Shown here in pieces: positions 10,260 through 19,353 of a DNA stretch of 64,000 nt. The translations under genes and the position numbers were made by a program. The stretch spans positions 72,767-136,766 of the forward strand of contig BTUM01000008.1 of assembly GCA_045863235.1 (NCBI GenBank), written 5' to 3'. The DNA comes from Candidatus Xenobia bacterium (GTDB taxonomy: Bacteria > Vulcanimicrobiota > Xenobia > Xenobiales > QWHO01). The notes below the pieces were generated by a model. It was not told the DNA's origin. It saw nothing but the letters and a program-made list of their open reading frames with translations, and ran no database searches. Numbering within the stretch: position 1 is the stretch's first letter; each line of letters starts with the position of its first letter.

Positions 10260-12174
10260 TCGCTTCCACCTGAGCGAGCAAACGCGAGAGCTCGTCCTCG
10301 GCCGCCAGCGCGCCGTAGCGGGCCCGGCAATAAGCCTCCAGGAACTGGCGAGCCGGCTGGCTCAGCTCCGGGTGCTCCAGCTGAGCTGCCCATTCGAGTA
10401 AGGTCCAATGCTCGGGCCGCTCGAGCTGGTGCTGGCGCAGCCGGCGCTCGAAGCGCTCGAGAAGCTCACCCAGCCTGCCCTCGGCGCGCTCGCGACCCCG
10501 ACGCCTCTTGCCCCCCCTCTGCCATCTCAGCCGCAGGCCGTAGTAGAGGGTCACCAACAGCACCAGGGCAGCCAGCGTGATGGGATGGCTGATGAAGGCC
10601 AGCAGGGAGCGGAGCATCTCGGCCGGACTGAGCCGGAAGAAGTTGCGCGCCTGCATGAACAAGAACATCGCCAGGTCGCCCACCTGCGAGAACCAGCGCC
10701 GCCACCAGGAGCGCTGAGGAATGCGTGCCTCGGGTGGGGTGGGGTCGTAGGTCACCCAGCCCGAGCCCTCCAGGAACACCTCTACCCAGGCGTGAGCGTG
10801 CTGGGCCCGGACCGCGTAAAAGCCGCCCAGGTCATTGAAGTCGGTCGGGTCCACGATGAAGCCCACCACGTAGCGTGCGGGGACCTTCTGGGTTCGCAGC
10901 ATCATGACCATGGCCGTGGCAAAGAACTCGCAGTGGGCCGGGGGGCGCTTTTCCAGGAACTGCTCCAGGGCCGAGCTGCCCTTCTGGAACGGGTAGCCGA
11001 AGCCATACTGGAAGTTGTCCTGCAGATAGGCCTCGATGGCGGCTGCTTTGGCCAGCGGGGTAGGCGCCGAGGCGGTCAGCTCGGCCCCCAGGCGGGCCAC
11101 TACCGGGGGGAGATCGGGGGGAACCTCGAGGTAGTAGGGCGGGACCTTGCTGTCCACCGGAGGAGTTCCTCCGCGACCCAGCCAGAACCGGCCGGGAAAG
11201 CCCGGCGCGCCCTTGAAGTGGAGACCCGTGGAGGCAGTGCGCTCGATGCTCTCGAGCTCGGCAGCCAGCAACCAGGCATCGCGCGTCGAGAGCAGTTGCC
11301 CGCCGGCCGCGGTCAAGAACTCGACGCGGTCGACCAGATCCAGACTGCGAGGGGGGGCCAGCAAGAAAGTATTCTGGCCTTCCAGCCGCTGGCTGGCCCG
11401 GGGCAGGGCCCTGGACTCGCCGGGCGGACTGTCCCACACTTCCCCCCTGGTGAACAGGCCGTAGGAGCGGGCCACCAGGTAGTTGGAGGGCGCCTGCGAG
11501 AACAGGCGCAGCACCAGTTGATCCTGCCCGGAGCTCCGCTGCATGCCGTCCAGCGGGCTACGGGTGGCGAATTGCATGGATACCGGAGTGGTGCTGAAGA
11601 GGTTGAGCAGCGTTCCCAGCCGCGTCTCGGAGAAACGGGCCGCAAGGGCGATCACCACTGCAACCCCGATGACCGGCACGAAGGCCAGGACGGTTCCCAG
11701 CCAGTTCTTGCGGGGCACGGGGGGGCCGAGCTGACGTAAGTAGAGGGCCAAGAAGACGGCCTCCAGCAGGCACAGGACCCCATAGGCGATCTCTCCGTCG
11801 GCCCGCATGCCGCAGGCGATCAGGAGCGTGATCGAGCCGCCCGCCAGGATCAGCTTGCCGTTGAAATCATGCCTGCGCACAATCAAGAGCAGGAGGTAGG
11901 CAGCCACGATGGTGGCCACCCGGAAGCTGCCGGGTCCCACGAACGAGCTGTTCATCGGGGTGACGTTGGGCGGGTAAAGCAACACCACCATCGCCGGAAA
12001 GGCCAGCGGCAGCAAGGCCCGCTGGGGGATGGCCAGCTGGCCGTGAAACCAGCAGGCGATCAGGGCCAAGGCGCACAGCAACACGATCAGGGGGTCGGCT
12101 CCGCCGACCGAGTAGAGGGCCGCGTAGGACACCAGCACGGCCAGCAAACCCGTATGAGGCAGGCGCTCTCTCAC
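10237..12174 (-). CDS. Membrane transglutaminase-like protein (TgpA/DUF3488 + transglutaminase core + DUF4129)
   Basis: N-terminal TM helices; triad motifs HCEFFATAM, HAHAWVEV, WVTYDPTP. Confidence 0.9.
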   Translation of the reverse strand: MRERLPHTGLLAVLVSYAALYSVGGADPLIVLLCALALIACWFHGQLAIPQRALLPLAFPAMVVLLYPPNVTPMNSSFVGPGSFRVATIVAAYLLLLIVRRHDFNGKLILAGGSITLLIACGMRADGEIAYGVLCLLEAVFLALYLRQLGPPVPRKNWLGTVLAFVPVIGVAVVIALAARFSETRLGTLLNLFSTTPVSMQFATRSPLDGMQRSSGQDQLVLRLFSQAPSNYLVARSYGLFTRGEVWDSPPGESRALPRASQRLEGQNTFLLAPPRSLDLVDRVEFLTAAGGQLLSTRDAWLLAAELESIERTASTGLHFKGAPGFPGRFWLGRGGTPPVDSKVPPYYLEVPPDLPPVVARLGAELTASAPTPLAKAAAIEAYLQDNFQYGFGYPFQKGSSALEQFLEKRPPAHCEFFATAMVMMLRTQKVPARYVVGFIVDPTDFNDLGGFYAVRAQHAHAWVEVFLEGSGWVTYDPTPPEARIPQRSWWRRWFSQVGDLAMFLFMQARNFFRLSPAEMLRSLLAFISHPITLAALVLLVTLYYGLRLRWQRGGKRRRGRERAEGRLGELLERFERRLRQHQLERPEHWTLLEWAAQLEHPELSQPARQFLEAYCRARYGALAAEDELSRLLAQVEAIKPARPR

Positions 12175-13436
12175 AGCGACTCCACACCCCGCTCCACATC
12201 CTCGGGGGTGAGCACCGTGATGTCACCGGCCAGGTCCAAGCCCGCGCTGGGATCGGTCGAAGCGGGGGCCGAGCGTACCAGCAGCACTTTGACCTCCGAG
12301 CCGCGGTCGCGGATGACCCGCACCATGCGCTCGCGCCGCTCGTCCCAATCGAGCAGGACCACCACGGTGGTGGTGATGTTCTCCAGATACTCGAGCATGA
12401 CTGGCTCGATCTTCTCGAAGGGCGGCTCATGGCAGGGCTCGATGCAGGAGAGGATGTCCATCACATTCTCGAGATAGGCCAGGCTGCGGCCGGCCTGAAA
12501 GTGGTAGATCTCCGGTCCGGCCGCGAACAGGTCGATGACATACTCTTCGCGGGCGAGCCGGTCGGCCACCGCCGCCGAAAGGGAGACGGCCGCCTCGAAG
12601 GCGCGCCGGTCCACCTTCCCCTTCCTGCGAGGAGGCGGCAGGAAGGTATCCAGCAGAAGTGCGATGCGGCAGAAGTACTCCTCCTGGAACTCCTTCACCA
12701 CGGGCTTTCCGGTGCGAGCCCAGGAACGCCAGTGGATGGAGCGCAGTGGATCCCCCTCGCGAAACTCTCGGGTGGACAAGAACTCGGTGGAATCGCCCAG
12801 GAAGGAGGTGAGCGCGATCCCACCGGGTTGGTACTTGCGCCCCACCGGGATGTCCAGCGACAAGATAGGCTGGAAGTTCGGATACACCAGCAGGGTGTGG
12901 GGCTCGAGGTGGTAGACCAGATCGCGCCACAGACCCCACGGGAAGGTGGTCTCCTGGCGCAAGCCCTTGAGCACGTAAGCTCCCCGCTGGTCGAAGGAGA
13001 GGTCGAGGTGGGTTCTGAGTTGCTCGCCTGGCTCCAGGCGCGGGATTTGCAGCCCCCATTCGGGCTGGTGGTCCAGCGGAACCGGGGGATAGGCCACCCG
13101 CAGGGCCAGGTCGAGCCCGGGACGGCGGGAGAGATTCTCGACCAGCAGGCCCACCCGCAGGGGATGACCGCAAGTGGCCCGGTCGGGCCAGGAGGGGCGC
13201 ACCTTCAGCCTGACGCGGGCCAGTCGGGCCAGCACTACCGAGACGAAGAGCAATCCGAAGAGAATGCAGATGACGAAGTAGATCTTGATGACGAAGGAAT
13301 ACCCCCCGGTGCCGTTGGCCAGCAGCATCATCCAGAAGACCACGCGGCCAGTGGGGGTCAGGCGGTCGCGCAACAGATGGCGCATCCACCGGATGATGAA
13401 GCTCTCTCCCAGGTGGATCTTGGGAGGCTCGGCCAC
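12171..13436 (-). CDS. DUF58 family protein
   Basis: EFLSTREFREGDPLRSIHWRSWAR...VVKEF motif; GTG start at 13436 overlaps the MoxR stop (TAGTG). Confidence 0.9.
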   Translation of the reverse strand: MAEPPKIHLGESFIIRWMRHLLRDRLTPTGRVVFWMMLLANGTGGYSFVIKIYFVICILFGLLFVSVVLARLARVRLKVRPSWPDRATCGHPLRVGLLVENLSRRPGLDLALRVAYPPVPLDHQPEWGLQIPRLEPGEQLRTHLDLSFDQRGAYVLKGLRQETTFPWGLWRDLVYHLEPHTLLVYPNFQPILSLDIPVGRKYQPGGIALTSFLGDSTEFLSTREFREGDPLRSIHWRSWARTGKPVVKEFQEEYFCRIALLLDTFLPPPRRKGKVDRRAFEAAVSLSAAVADRLAREEYVIDLFAAGPEIYHFQAGRSLAYLENVMDILSCIEPCHEPPFEKIEPVMLEYLENITTTVVVLLDWDERRERMVRVIRDRGSEVKVLLVRSAPASTDPSAGLDLAGDITVLTPEDVERGVESL

Positions 13437-14380
13437 TAGGTCGGCACTTTGACCTGCTCGAGCAGGTCGGTCACGATGCTTTCCTTGGAGGTTCCGCCGT
13501 ACTTGGACTTGGTGTCCAGGCAGAGCCGGTGGGCCAGCACCGGGGCGGCCAGTCGCTTGACGTCGTCGGGCAGCACGTAGTCGCGCCCGACGCACAGGGC
13601 CAGGGCCTGGGAGACCCGGTAGAGAGCGATGGCTCCGCGCGGGCTGGAGCCGAGCTTGAGGCGCGGCTCGAGGCGGCTGGCCTGCACCAGGGCCAGGATG
13701 TACTGGGCCACGGGTCGCTCCACGCGCACTTTGCGCACCTCTTCTTGAGCTGCGACCACCTCGGAAAGCTCGGCTACCGGCTCGAGGCTCTCGAGGGGAT
13801 GGCGGGTGCGCTGGCCTTCGAGCATCTCCAACTCGTGATCAGGAGCGGGGTAGCCGAGCTCGAGCTTGACCGAGAAGCGATCCAGCTGGGCCTCGGGCAG
13901 GGGATAGGTGCCGTGGAACTCGACCGGATTCTGAGTGGCCAGCACCAGGAACGGGTCGGGGAGGCGATAACAGTTGCCCTCGATGGTCACCTGGCGCTCG
14001 GACATGGCCTCCAGCAGGCTAGACTGCGTACGCGGCGAGGCGCGGTTGATCTCGTCGGCCAGCAGGATGTTGGTGAAGACCGGCCCCCGGCGAAAGTCGA
14101 ACGAGCCCTCGCGAGGGTTATAGATGGACGAGCCCACGATGTCGGTGGGCAGGAGATCGGGCGTGAACTGCACCCGCTTGAAGTCACCCTGGACGGTCTG
14201 AGCCAGGGCCTTGGCCAGGGTGGTCTTGCCCACCCCGGGCACGTCCTCCATCAGGATGTTGCCCCCGGCCAGGAGAGCGACCACAAGCAGGTGCAGCGAT
14301 TCTGACTTGCCCCGAATCACCTTCTCGAGGTTGGCATGGATGCGGTCGTGAAGCGCTTGAGCCTGGCCCATGGAGGGCAA
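13436..14380 (-). CDS. moxR: MoxR family AAA+ ATPase
   Basis: EDVPGVGKT, RVQFTPDLLPTD, LADEINRA, ATQNP, YPLPEAQLDRF. Confidence 0.95.
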   Translation of the reverse strand: MPSMGQAQALHDRIHANLEKVIRGKSESLHLLVVALLAGGNILMEDVPGVGKTTLAKALAQTVQGDFKRVQFTPDLLPTDIVGSSIYNPREGSFDFRRGPVFTNILLADEINRASPRTQSSLLEAMSERQVTIEGNCYRLPDPFLVLATQNPVEFHGTYPLPEAQLDRFSVKLELGYPAPDHELEMLEGQRTRHPLESLEPVAELSEVVAAQEEVRKVRVERPVAQYILALVQASRLEPRLKLGSSPRGAIALYRVSQALALCVGRDYVLPDDVKRLAAPVLAHRLCLDTKSKYGGTSKESIVTDLLEQVKVPT

Positions 14381-14395
14381 GGCATTCGAACCTGG

Positions 14396-15505
14396 TCAGC
14401 GTCCGCCCTGCAGCGCTCCGGTCAGGTCAGCCACCAGGTTGGGGTAGTTGGCCTTCACAAAGCCCTGCAGGTCGTCCTTCAAGCCAGGCAGCTCCGTCTC
14501 GAGGGCCGAAAGGGCGTCCTGGCGTAGCTCGGGGTAGTGGCTCTCCAGGCTTTCCAGAGCCCGGCTGAGCAGGCGAGGGTGCTTCTCTTCCAGGGTGCGG
14601 GCCACCACCGAGGGCAGCTCGGGGAACTCGGCCAGCACCGCCTGACGGAAGCTCTGGCGAGCCTGGCGCCGGGCCGTGCGCACCGTGGCGGGCAACTCGG
14701 GGTAGTCCTGCTCGATCAGGCCCAGCACCGCCTCGGCGCTGGTGCCCGGGGGACGGCTCTCGAGTGCTTTGAGCACGTCCAGGGCGGCCGAGCGCAGCTC
14801 GGTCTTATGGCGCGCGTGCAGCTCGCGGGCCGCCCGGGCAAGAAAGCCCGGGTGGTTCTCAGCCAGCCACAGCAGGGGGCGCTCGCCGCGCCGACGAGCC
14901 CGCATCAGCTCCCCCACCAGTCCGGGCTGCTCGCGATCAGCCAGCTCGGACAGGTCGCCCAGCAAGCGCAGGGCCAGCCCCGGGTGCTTCTCGCGCAGGG
15001 TCTGCCAGGCCAGGCCCCTGGGACTGTCGGCCCGGTTGCGACCAAGCAGTTGCAAGAAGGCGGTGCGGAAACCAGGATGGCGCGTCTCCACAGCCTCGGC
15101 TACGGCCAGCCTGGGTCGGTGCTGCTGACGCAGCCGGGCCATACGGGCGGGAAAGTCGGGATAGCGGGCCAACACGGCTTCCTGCACGTCCAGGAAGGCC
15201 TGGGCCGGCTCGTCGCCCAGGTCCTCGAGCAGGTGGCGGGCAATTGCGAAAGGGAGCCCCGGATATTTCTGGCGCAAGCTCAGCAGAGCCCGGGCTCCCC
15301 GCACCTCGTAGTTGGGATAGCGCTCATCGAGGTGAGCTGCGATGGCTTCGGGCACGTTCGCGTAACGCTCGTGCAGCAGCTCGCGGGCGGCCAGGCGACG
15401 GGTGGGGGTGGAGTTCTTGAGAGCCTCCCTGAGCTCTTCAGTCTGAGCGGCCGCGCCGCCCGCCATGAGGGCGACCAGGGAGAGTGCCAGAATCGGCTTT
15501 CGCAT
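14396..15505 (-). CDS. Secreted alpha-helical repeat protein (hypothetical)
   Basis: Signal peptide MRKPILALSLVALMAGGAAA-Q; SD GGAGGA; recurring [YH]Px[LF] motif. Confidence 0.8.
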   Translation of the reverse strand: MRKPILALSLVALMAGGAAAQTEELREALKNSTPTRRLAARELLHERYANVPEAIAAHLDERYPNYEVRGARALLSLRQKYPGLPFAIARHLLEDLGDEPAQAFLDVQEAVLARYPDFPARMARLRQQHRPRLAVAEAVETRHPGFRTAFLQLLGRNRADSPRGLAWQTLREKHPGLALRLLGDLSELADREQPGLVGELMRARRRGERPLLWLAENHPGFLARAARELHARHKTELRSAALDVLKALESRPPGTSAEAVLGLIEQDYPELPATVRTARRQARQSFRQAVLAEFPELPSVVARTLEEKHPRLLSRALESLESHYPELRQDALSALETELPGLKDDLQGFVKANYPNLVADLTGALQGGR

Positions 15506-15551
15506 CGTGTTCCTCCGAGGATGAAGATGACTCGAGTCTAGCCGGTAGAGG

Positions 15552-16937
15552 TCAGCAAACCTGAGAGGTTTCCAAAGAAACTGTAAAGACAGCCCGAGTG
15601 CCCTGACCGGGCGAGGCGCCCAGCTCCAGCTCGCCTCCGTGAGCCCGGGCCAGGCGCCTGGCGATGGGCAGGCCCAGTCCCCGGGTGGCGCTCGGGTCGA
15701 AGCCGCAACCGTCGTCAGAAACCGACACCTCCAGGCGCTGGCCGATCGGTTGCAGGCGCAGGCAGACGCTGGTGCCGGCTCCGGCGTGATAGACGGCATT
15801 CTCAAGCAAGATCTGCAGGAGCTCGCGCAGGCGAACCGGATCGCCCACCACCCGGACGCTCTGGTCGGTCCCCTCCAACCGCAGGCTGACCTGGCGGGAC
15901 TCGGCCGCCGGCGCCAGGGTGTCCACCACCAGCCCCAGCGGCTCGCGCAGGTCGAAGGCGACTTTCTGCAGATGAGGCTCGCTGGACTCCCAGCGCGAGA
16001 GGTCCACCAACCGCTGCAAGGTCTGAGAGACGTAGAGCACCTCGCGGGAGATCTTCTCCAACTCGTCCCCCTGGGCCATGCCCTCTTGCAGGGCTTCGGT
16101 CCAGCCCAATACGGCCGCAAGCGGGGTGCGCAGGTTGTGGGAGACGTCGGCCAGGAACTGACGCTGGTTCTGCTCGAGCCGCTCGACCCGACGTTTTTCC
16201 TCGGACAGGTGACGCACAGTTTCCTGAAGCCGTGAAGCCATCTCGTTGAAGCTCTTGCCCAGCTCTGCCAGCTCGCCCGAGCCTGTCACCTCCACCCGGC
16301 GCGATAGCTCGAGATCGCCCAGGTCCCGGGTGGCCGCGGCCAGCTTCTGCACCGGTCCGGAGATGGAGGAGCTGAGCCAGAGACCGGCCGCGAAGGCCAC
16401 CAGCGCCCCGGCCAGACCCGAGAGAACCACCCCGCGCAAGAGCTGAGAGCGGGCGTCGGCCGGCAGCCGCTCGTGGGGAGGCAGAGGACGCATCCGCACC
16501 TTGAGGGCGCCTCCCTCCCCCACTGTCAGCTCCTGATCGGCCGGAAAGCGCATGACCAGACCGAACACCGGCCTGGGACCGCCGGCTCCGGGAGGAGGGG
16601 CCACGGCCACCCGCTGGTCGAGCGGGGGACCGGGCTGCAGGCGAGCGGGAGGCTGGGGACGGAGCGCTCGGGGGCCCTGGCCGGGCACCTCCAGGATGAG
16701 GTCCACACCCGGGGGGAGCGGCATCGACTCGGCCTCCTCCACGACCGCCTCCCAGCCTCCGGAGGAATAGGCCCGATCCAGCCGGGCCTGCCACTGGCCC
16801 TTCCAGTGGGAGATCGCCTCGTCGCGGAAGTGGTTAGCGGCGGGGATGGTCAACAGCGCGTGGGCCACCGCCAGGGTCACCAGGAACAGACCGATGACCA
16901 TCAGGTAGGAGAGGGCCAGACGAAGCCTCAGGCGCAC
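15552..16937 (-). CDS. Sensor histidine kinase (TM-HAMP-HisKA-HATPase)
   Basis: HAMP (ELAELGKSFNEMA), H-box DVSHNLRTPL, N-box LLENAVYH, DDGCG, GLGL. Confidence 0.92.
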   Translation of the reverse strand: MRLRLRLALSYLMVIGLFLVTLAVAHALLTIPAANHFRDEAISHWKGQWQARLDRAYSSGGWEAVVEEAESMPLPPGVDLILEVPGQGPRALRPQPPARLQPGPPLDQRVAVAPPPGAGGPRPVFGLVMRFPADQELTVGEGGALKVRMRPLPPHERLPADARSQLLRGVVLSGLAGALVAFAAGLWLSSSISGPVQKLAAATRDLGDLELSRRVEVTGSGELAELGKSFNEMASRLQETVRHLSEEKRRVERLEQNQRQFLADVSHNLRTPLAAVLGWTEALQEGMAQGDELEKISREVLYVSQTLQRLVDLSRWESSEPHLQKVAFDLREPLGLVVDTLAPAAESRQVSLRLEGTDQSVRVVGDPVRLRELLQILLENAVYHAGAGTSVCLRLQPIGQRLEVSVSDDGCGFDPSATRGLGLPIARRLARAHGGELELGASPGQGTRAVFTVSLETSQVC

Positions 16938-17621
16938 CTAAACCTCGTAGCGGTAGCCCACGCCCCAGATAGAGCGAATGGGCCCGGCCCAGCCCGGCTT
17001 GCGCAGCTTGTCGCGCAGGTTGCTGATATGAACGTCCACCCGGCGCGTGTCGCCGGTATACTCCGGGCCCCAGACCCGGTCGAGCAACTCGTCGCGCGTG
17101 AAATTCTTGCCCGGCGCCCCGGACAGGACCCGCAACAGGTCATATTCGCGGGGAGTGAGCTCGAGCGGCTCGTCGTCGAGGAAGGCGCGGCGGGACTCCT
17201 CGTCGACGCGCACCGGACCCGAAGGGCGGGTGCCCACTGCCGCTGCGGCCGGCAAACGGGCCCGGCGCAGCAGAGCCTTCACCCGGGCCAGCAGCTCGCG
17301 CGAGGAGAAGGGCTTGGTCAGGTAGTCGTCGGCCCCCAGCTCCAGCCCGGCCACCCGGTCGGCCTCCTCGCCTCTGGCGGTCAGGATGAGAATGGGAACA
17401 TGGCTGGTCTTGCGCACCTCGCGGGTGACCTCCAGCCCGTCCGGTCCCGGAATCATGAGGTCTTGAATGAGCAGGTCGACGGGGCTCTTCACCAGCTTGA
17501 GCGCCTCGTGGCCGTCGCGGGCCAGCACCACCTCGAAGCCGTCGCGCTCGAGAAAGCGCCGCAGGATGTCGCGGATCTCCTCTTCGTCGTCCACCACCAG
17601 AATGCGCCCACGGTTGCTCAT
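16938..17621 (-). CDS. OmpR/PhoB family response regulator
   Basis: ILVVDDE, DLMIPG, GADDYLTKPF, winged helix LTPREYDLL...RVDVHISNLRDKL...WGVGY; start taken at MSNRGRIL. Confidence 0.95.
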   Translation of the reverse strand: MSNRGRILVVDDEEEIRDILRRFLERDGFEVVLARDGHEALKLVKSPVDLLIQDLMIPGPDGLEVTREVRKTSHVPILILTARGEEADRVAGLELGADDYLTKPFSSRELLARVKALLRRARLPAAAAVGTRPSGPVRVDEESRRAFLDDEPLELTPREYDLLRVLSGAPGKNFTRDELLDRVWGPEYTGDTRRVDVHISNLRDKLRKPGWAGPIRSIWGVGYRYEV

Positions 17622-17920
17622 CGCTGGAAAGTTCTCGTCGACCAACCCCCGATCCCTGGCGGAATGGGCTTGTACTTTCTTTACAAACTTTGGATTCTTC
17701 TTGAGCCAGGCAGCAGGACGACCTGACCGTGGCAGCGCTGGTCTTTCACGGTCCGGTTTCCCTGGCCCGAAACTCGGAGAAAATTTCAAAATCGAACAAC
17801 CTGTTCGAAAGGAGCCCCGCAGTACTTGAAGAATTTTTATCAAGACCTGCCTGATCCATGAGCTGCAAGCCTCGAGCTTGCGACTGTAGGAATCTCCTTC
17901 AAGAAAGGTGGAAGCCGCTG

Positions 17921-19201
17921 ATGCCGTCGCCTTCCAATAGTCTGTATCCCGCCCGGATCTTCGTCGTCGGAATGGGTGGAGCCGGGTGCAACCTGGTCAA
18001 CCGTCTGGCCGAGAACCCTCCCGCCGGGGTCAACCTGGTGCTGGCCAACACCGACGCCCAGGCCCTGCACTCCTCACGTCGCGGCCCCACCATGCTGCAT
18101 CTGGGAGAAGGCTCCACCAAAGGCCTGGGGGCCGGAGCCAACCACGAGCTGGGCCGGCTGGCTGCCGAGAACTCGGTGGGCAAGATGCGCGAGCTCTTCC
18201 AGGGAGGAGACCTGGTCTTCTTGACGGCCGGGATGGGCGGCGGAACCGGCACCGGCTCTGCTCCCGTGGCGGCCCGCGAAGCTCGCAAGGCGGGGGCGCT
18301 TGTAGTGGCCGTCGTCACCACCCCCTTCGAGTTCGAGGGCACTCGCCGCAATCGAATCGCCGAGGCGGGCATCGCCGCCCTGGAAGCCGAGGTGGATACC
18401 CTGCTGGTGCTGCCGAACCAGAAGCTGCTCTCCATCGGAGCCGGTGTTTGCCCCCTGCACGAGAGCTTCGGTATCGTGGATCAGGTGCTCTGCGACGCGG
18501 TGCGCGGGATGACCGAGCTGGTCACGACCCCCGGCGTCATCAACCTCGACTTTGCCGACGTGCGGGCCGTGCTCCAGAACGGCGGACGCGGATTGTTTGG
18601 AATGGCCACGGCGCCCACCGCCACGGCGGCTGTCGAGCAAGCCCTCAAGAATCCGCTGGTGGGGGGCTCGCCGGACGGCTCGGCCGGAGCACTGCTGAAC
18701 ATCACCGCAGGTCCCGACCTGTCCATTCAAGACTATTCCAGAGCCTGCGCCATGCTGCAAGAAGCTGCTTCGCCTCGAGCCCTCATCCTGTGCGGCCTGG
18801 TGCAAGACCCGTCCATGCAGGGCCGGGTCCGAGCCACGGTGGTGGCCACCCAGGTTCAGGCCAACGCCGAGGTGGTCGGGCAGCCCGGCTTCCTGGCTGG
18901 AGCCACCGAGTTCGAGTTCCAGTTGCAGCAGCCTGAGTTGCTGCCGGTTGGTGCAACGGCCGCGGCGGCTCCCTCGCCCGAGGTCGGGTTGACCGAGCGT
19001 CGCCTGCGCCCCGGGCTGGTGGAGAAGGGGTTTGCCTTCAACGAGCGTTCCATCGAACGACTGGAGCGCAAGCCCACCGCTGATCCCCGCCCCGTGGCCG
19101 AAGACAAGCGACGCAACGGTTGGATGGACCTGCCGGCCATCTGGCGACGGGCCCGCCGCACACCCAACTCGGCCAGCGACGAGAAGGCGGCCGAAGCCTG
19201 A
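17921..19201 (+). CDS. ftsZ: Cell division protein FtsZ (stand-alone)
   Basis: GMGGAGCN, NTDAQAL, GLGAGAN, AGMGGGTGTG tubulin signature, PFEFEG, T7 loop INLDFADV, C-terminal core-like DLPAIWRR. Confidence 0.92.
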   Translation: MPSPSNSLYPARIFVVGMGGAGCNLVNRLAENPPAGVNLVLANTDAQALHSSRRGPTMLHLGEGSTKGLGAGANHELGRLAAENSVGKMRELFQGGDLVFLTAGMGGGTGTGSAPVAAREARKAGALVVAVVTTPFEFEGTRRNRIAEAGIAALEAEVDTLLVLPNQKLLSIGAGVCPLHESFGIVDQVLCDAVRGMTELVTTPGVINLDFADVRAVLQNGGRGLFGMATAPTATAAVEQALKNPLVGGSPDGSAGALLNITAGPDLSIQDYSRACAMLQEAASPRALILCGLVQDPSMQGRVRATVVATQVQANAEVVGQPGFLAGATEFEFQLQQPELLPVGATAAAAPSPEVGLTERRLRPGLVEKGFAFNERSIERLERKPTADPRPVAEDKRRNGWMDLPAIWRRARRTPNSASDEKAAEA

Positions 19202-19314
19202 CGGTTTCAAGGGAGGGTTCCGCCCGGGGCCAGGCTCACATTTGAGCCTGGCCTTCTTGCTGAAAGAGTATCCAGGGCGCGGGCGGCGAAGATCTCAAGA
19301 TGCCGCTCACCGTG

Positions 19315-19344
19315 TTGAGAGCCATCCCTGGTGAATGCTATAAT
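19315..19344 (+). promoter_or_regulatory. Sigma70-type promoter with extended -10 for the TPR-HD-GYP gene
   Basis: TTGAGA (19315-19320), 18-bp spacer, TGcTATAAT (19336-19344). Confidence 0.65.
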
Positions 19345-19353
19345 GGTTAGGTC

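Noticed and set aside
10237..14380. MoxR-DUF58-transglutaminase operon as a new system
   Set aside because: Well-known, widespread gene trio
14396..16120. 574-aa ORF-track call overlapping the histidine kinase
   Set aside because: The real start is ATG 15505 (SD plus signal peptide); the upstream part is off-frame overlap
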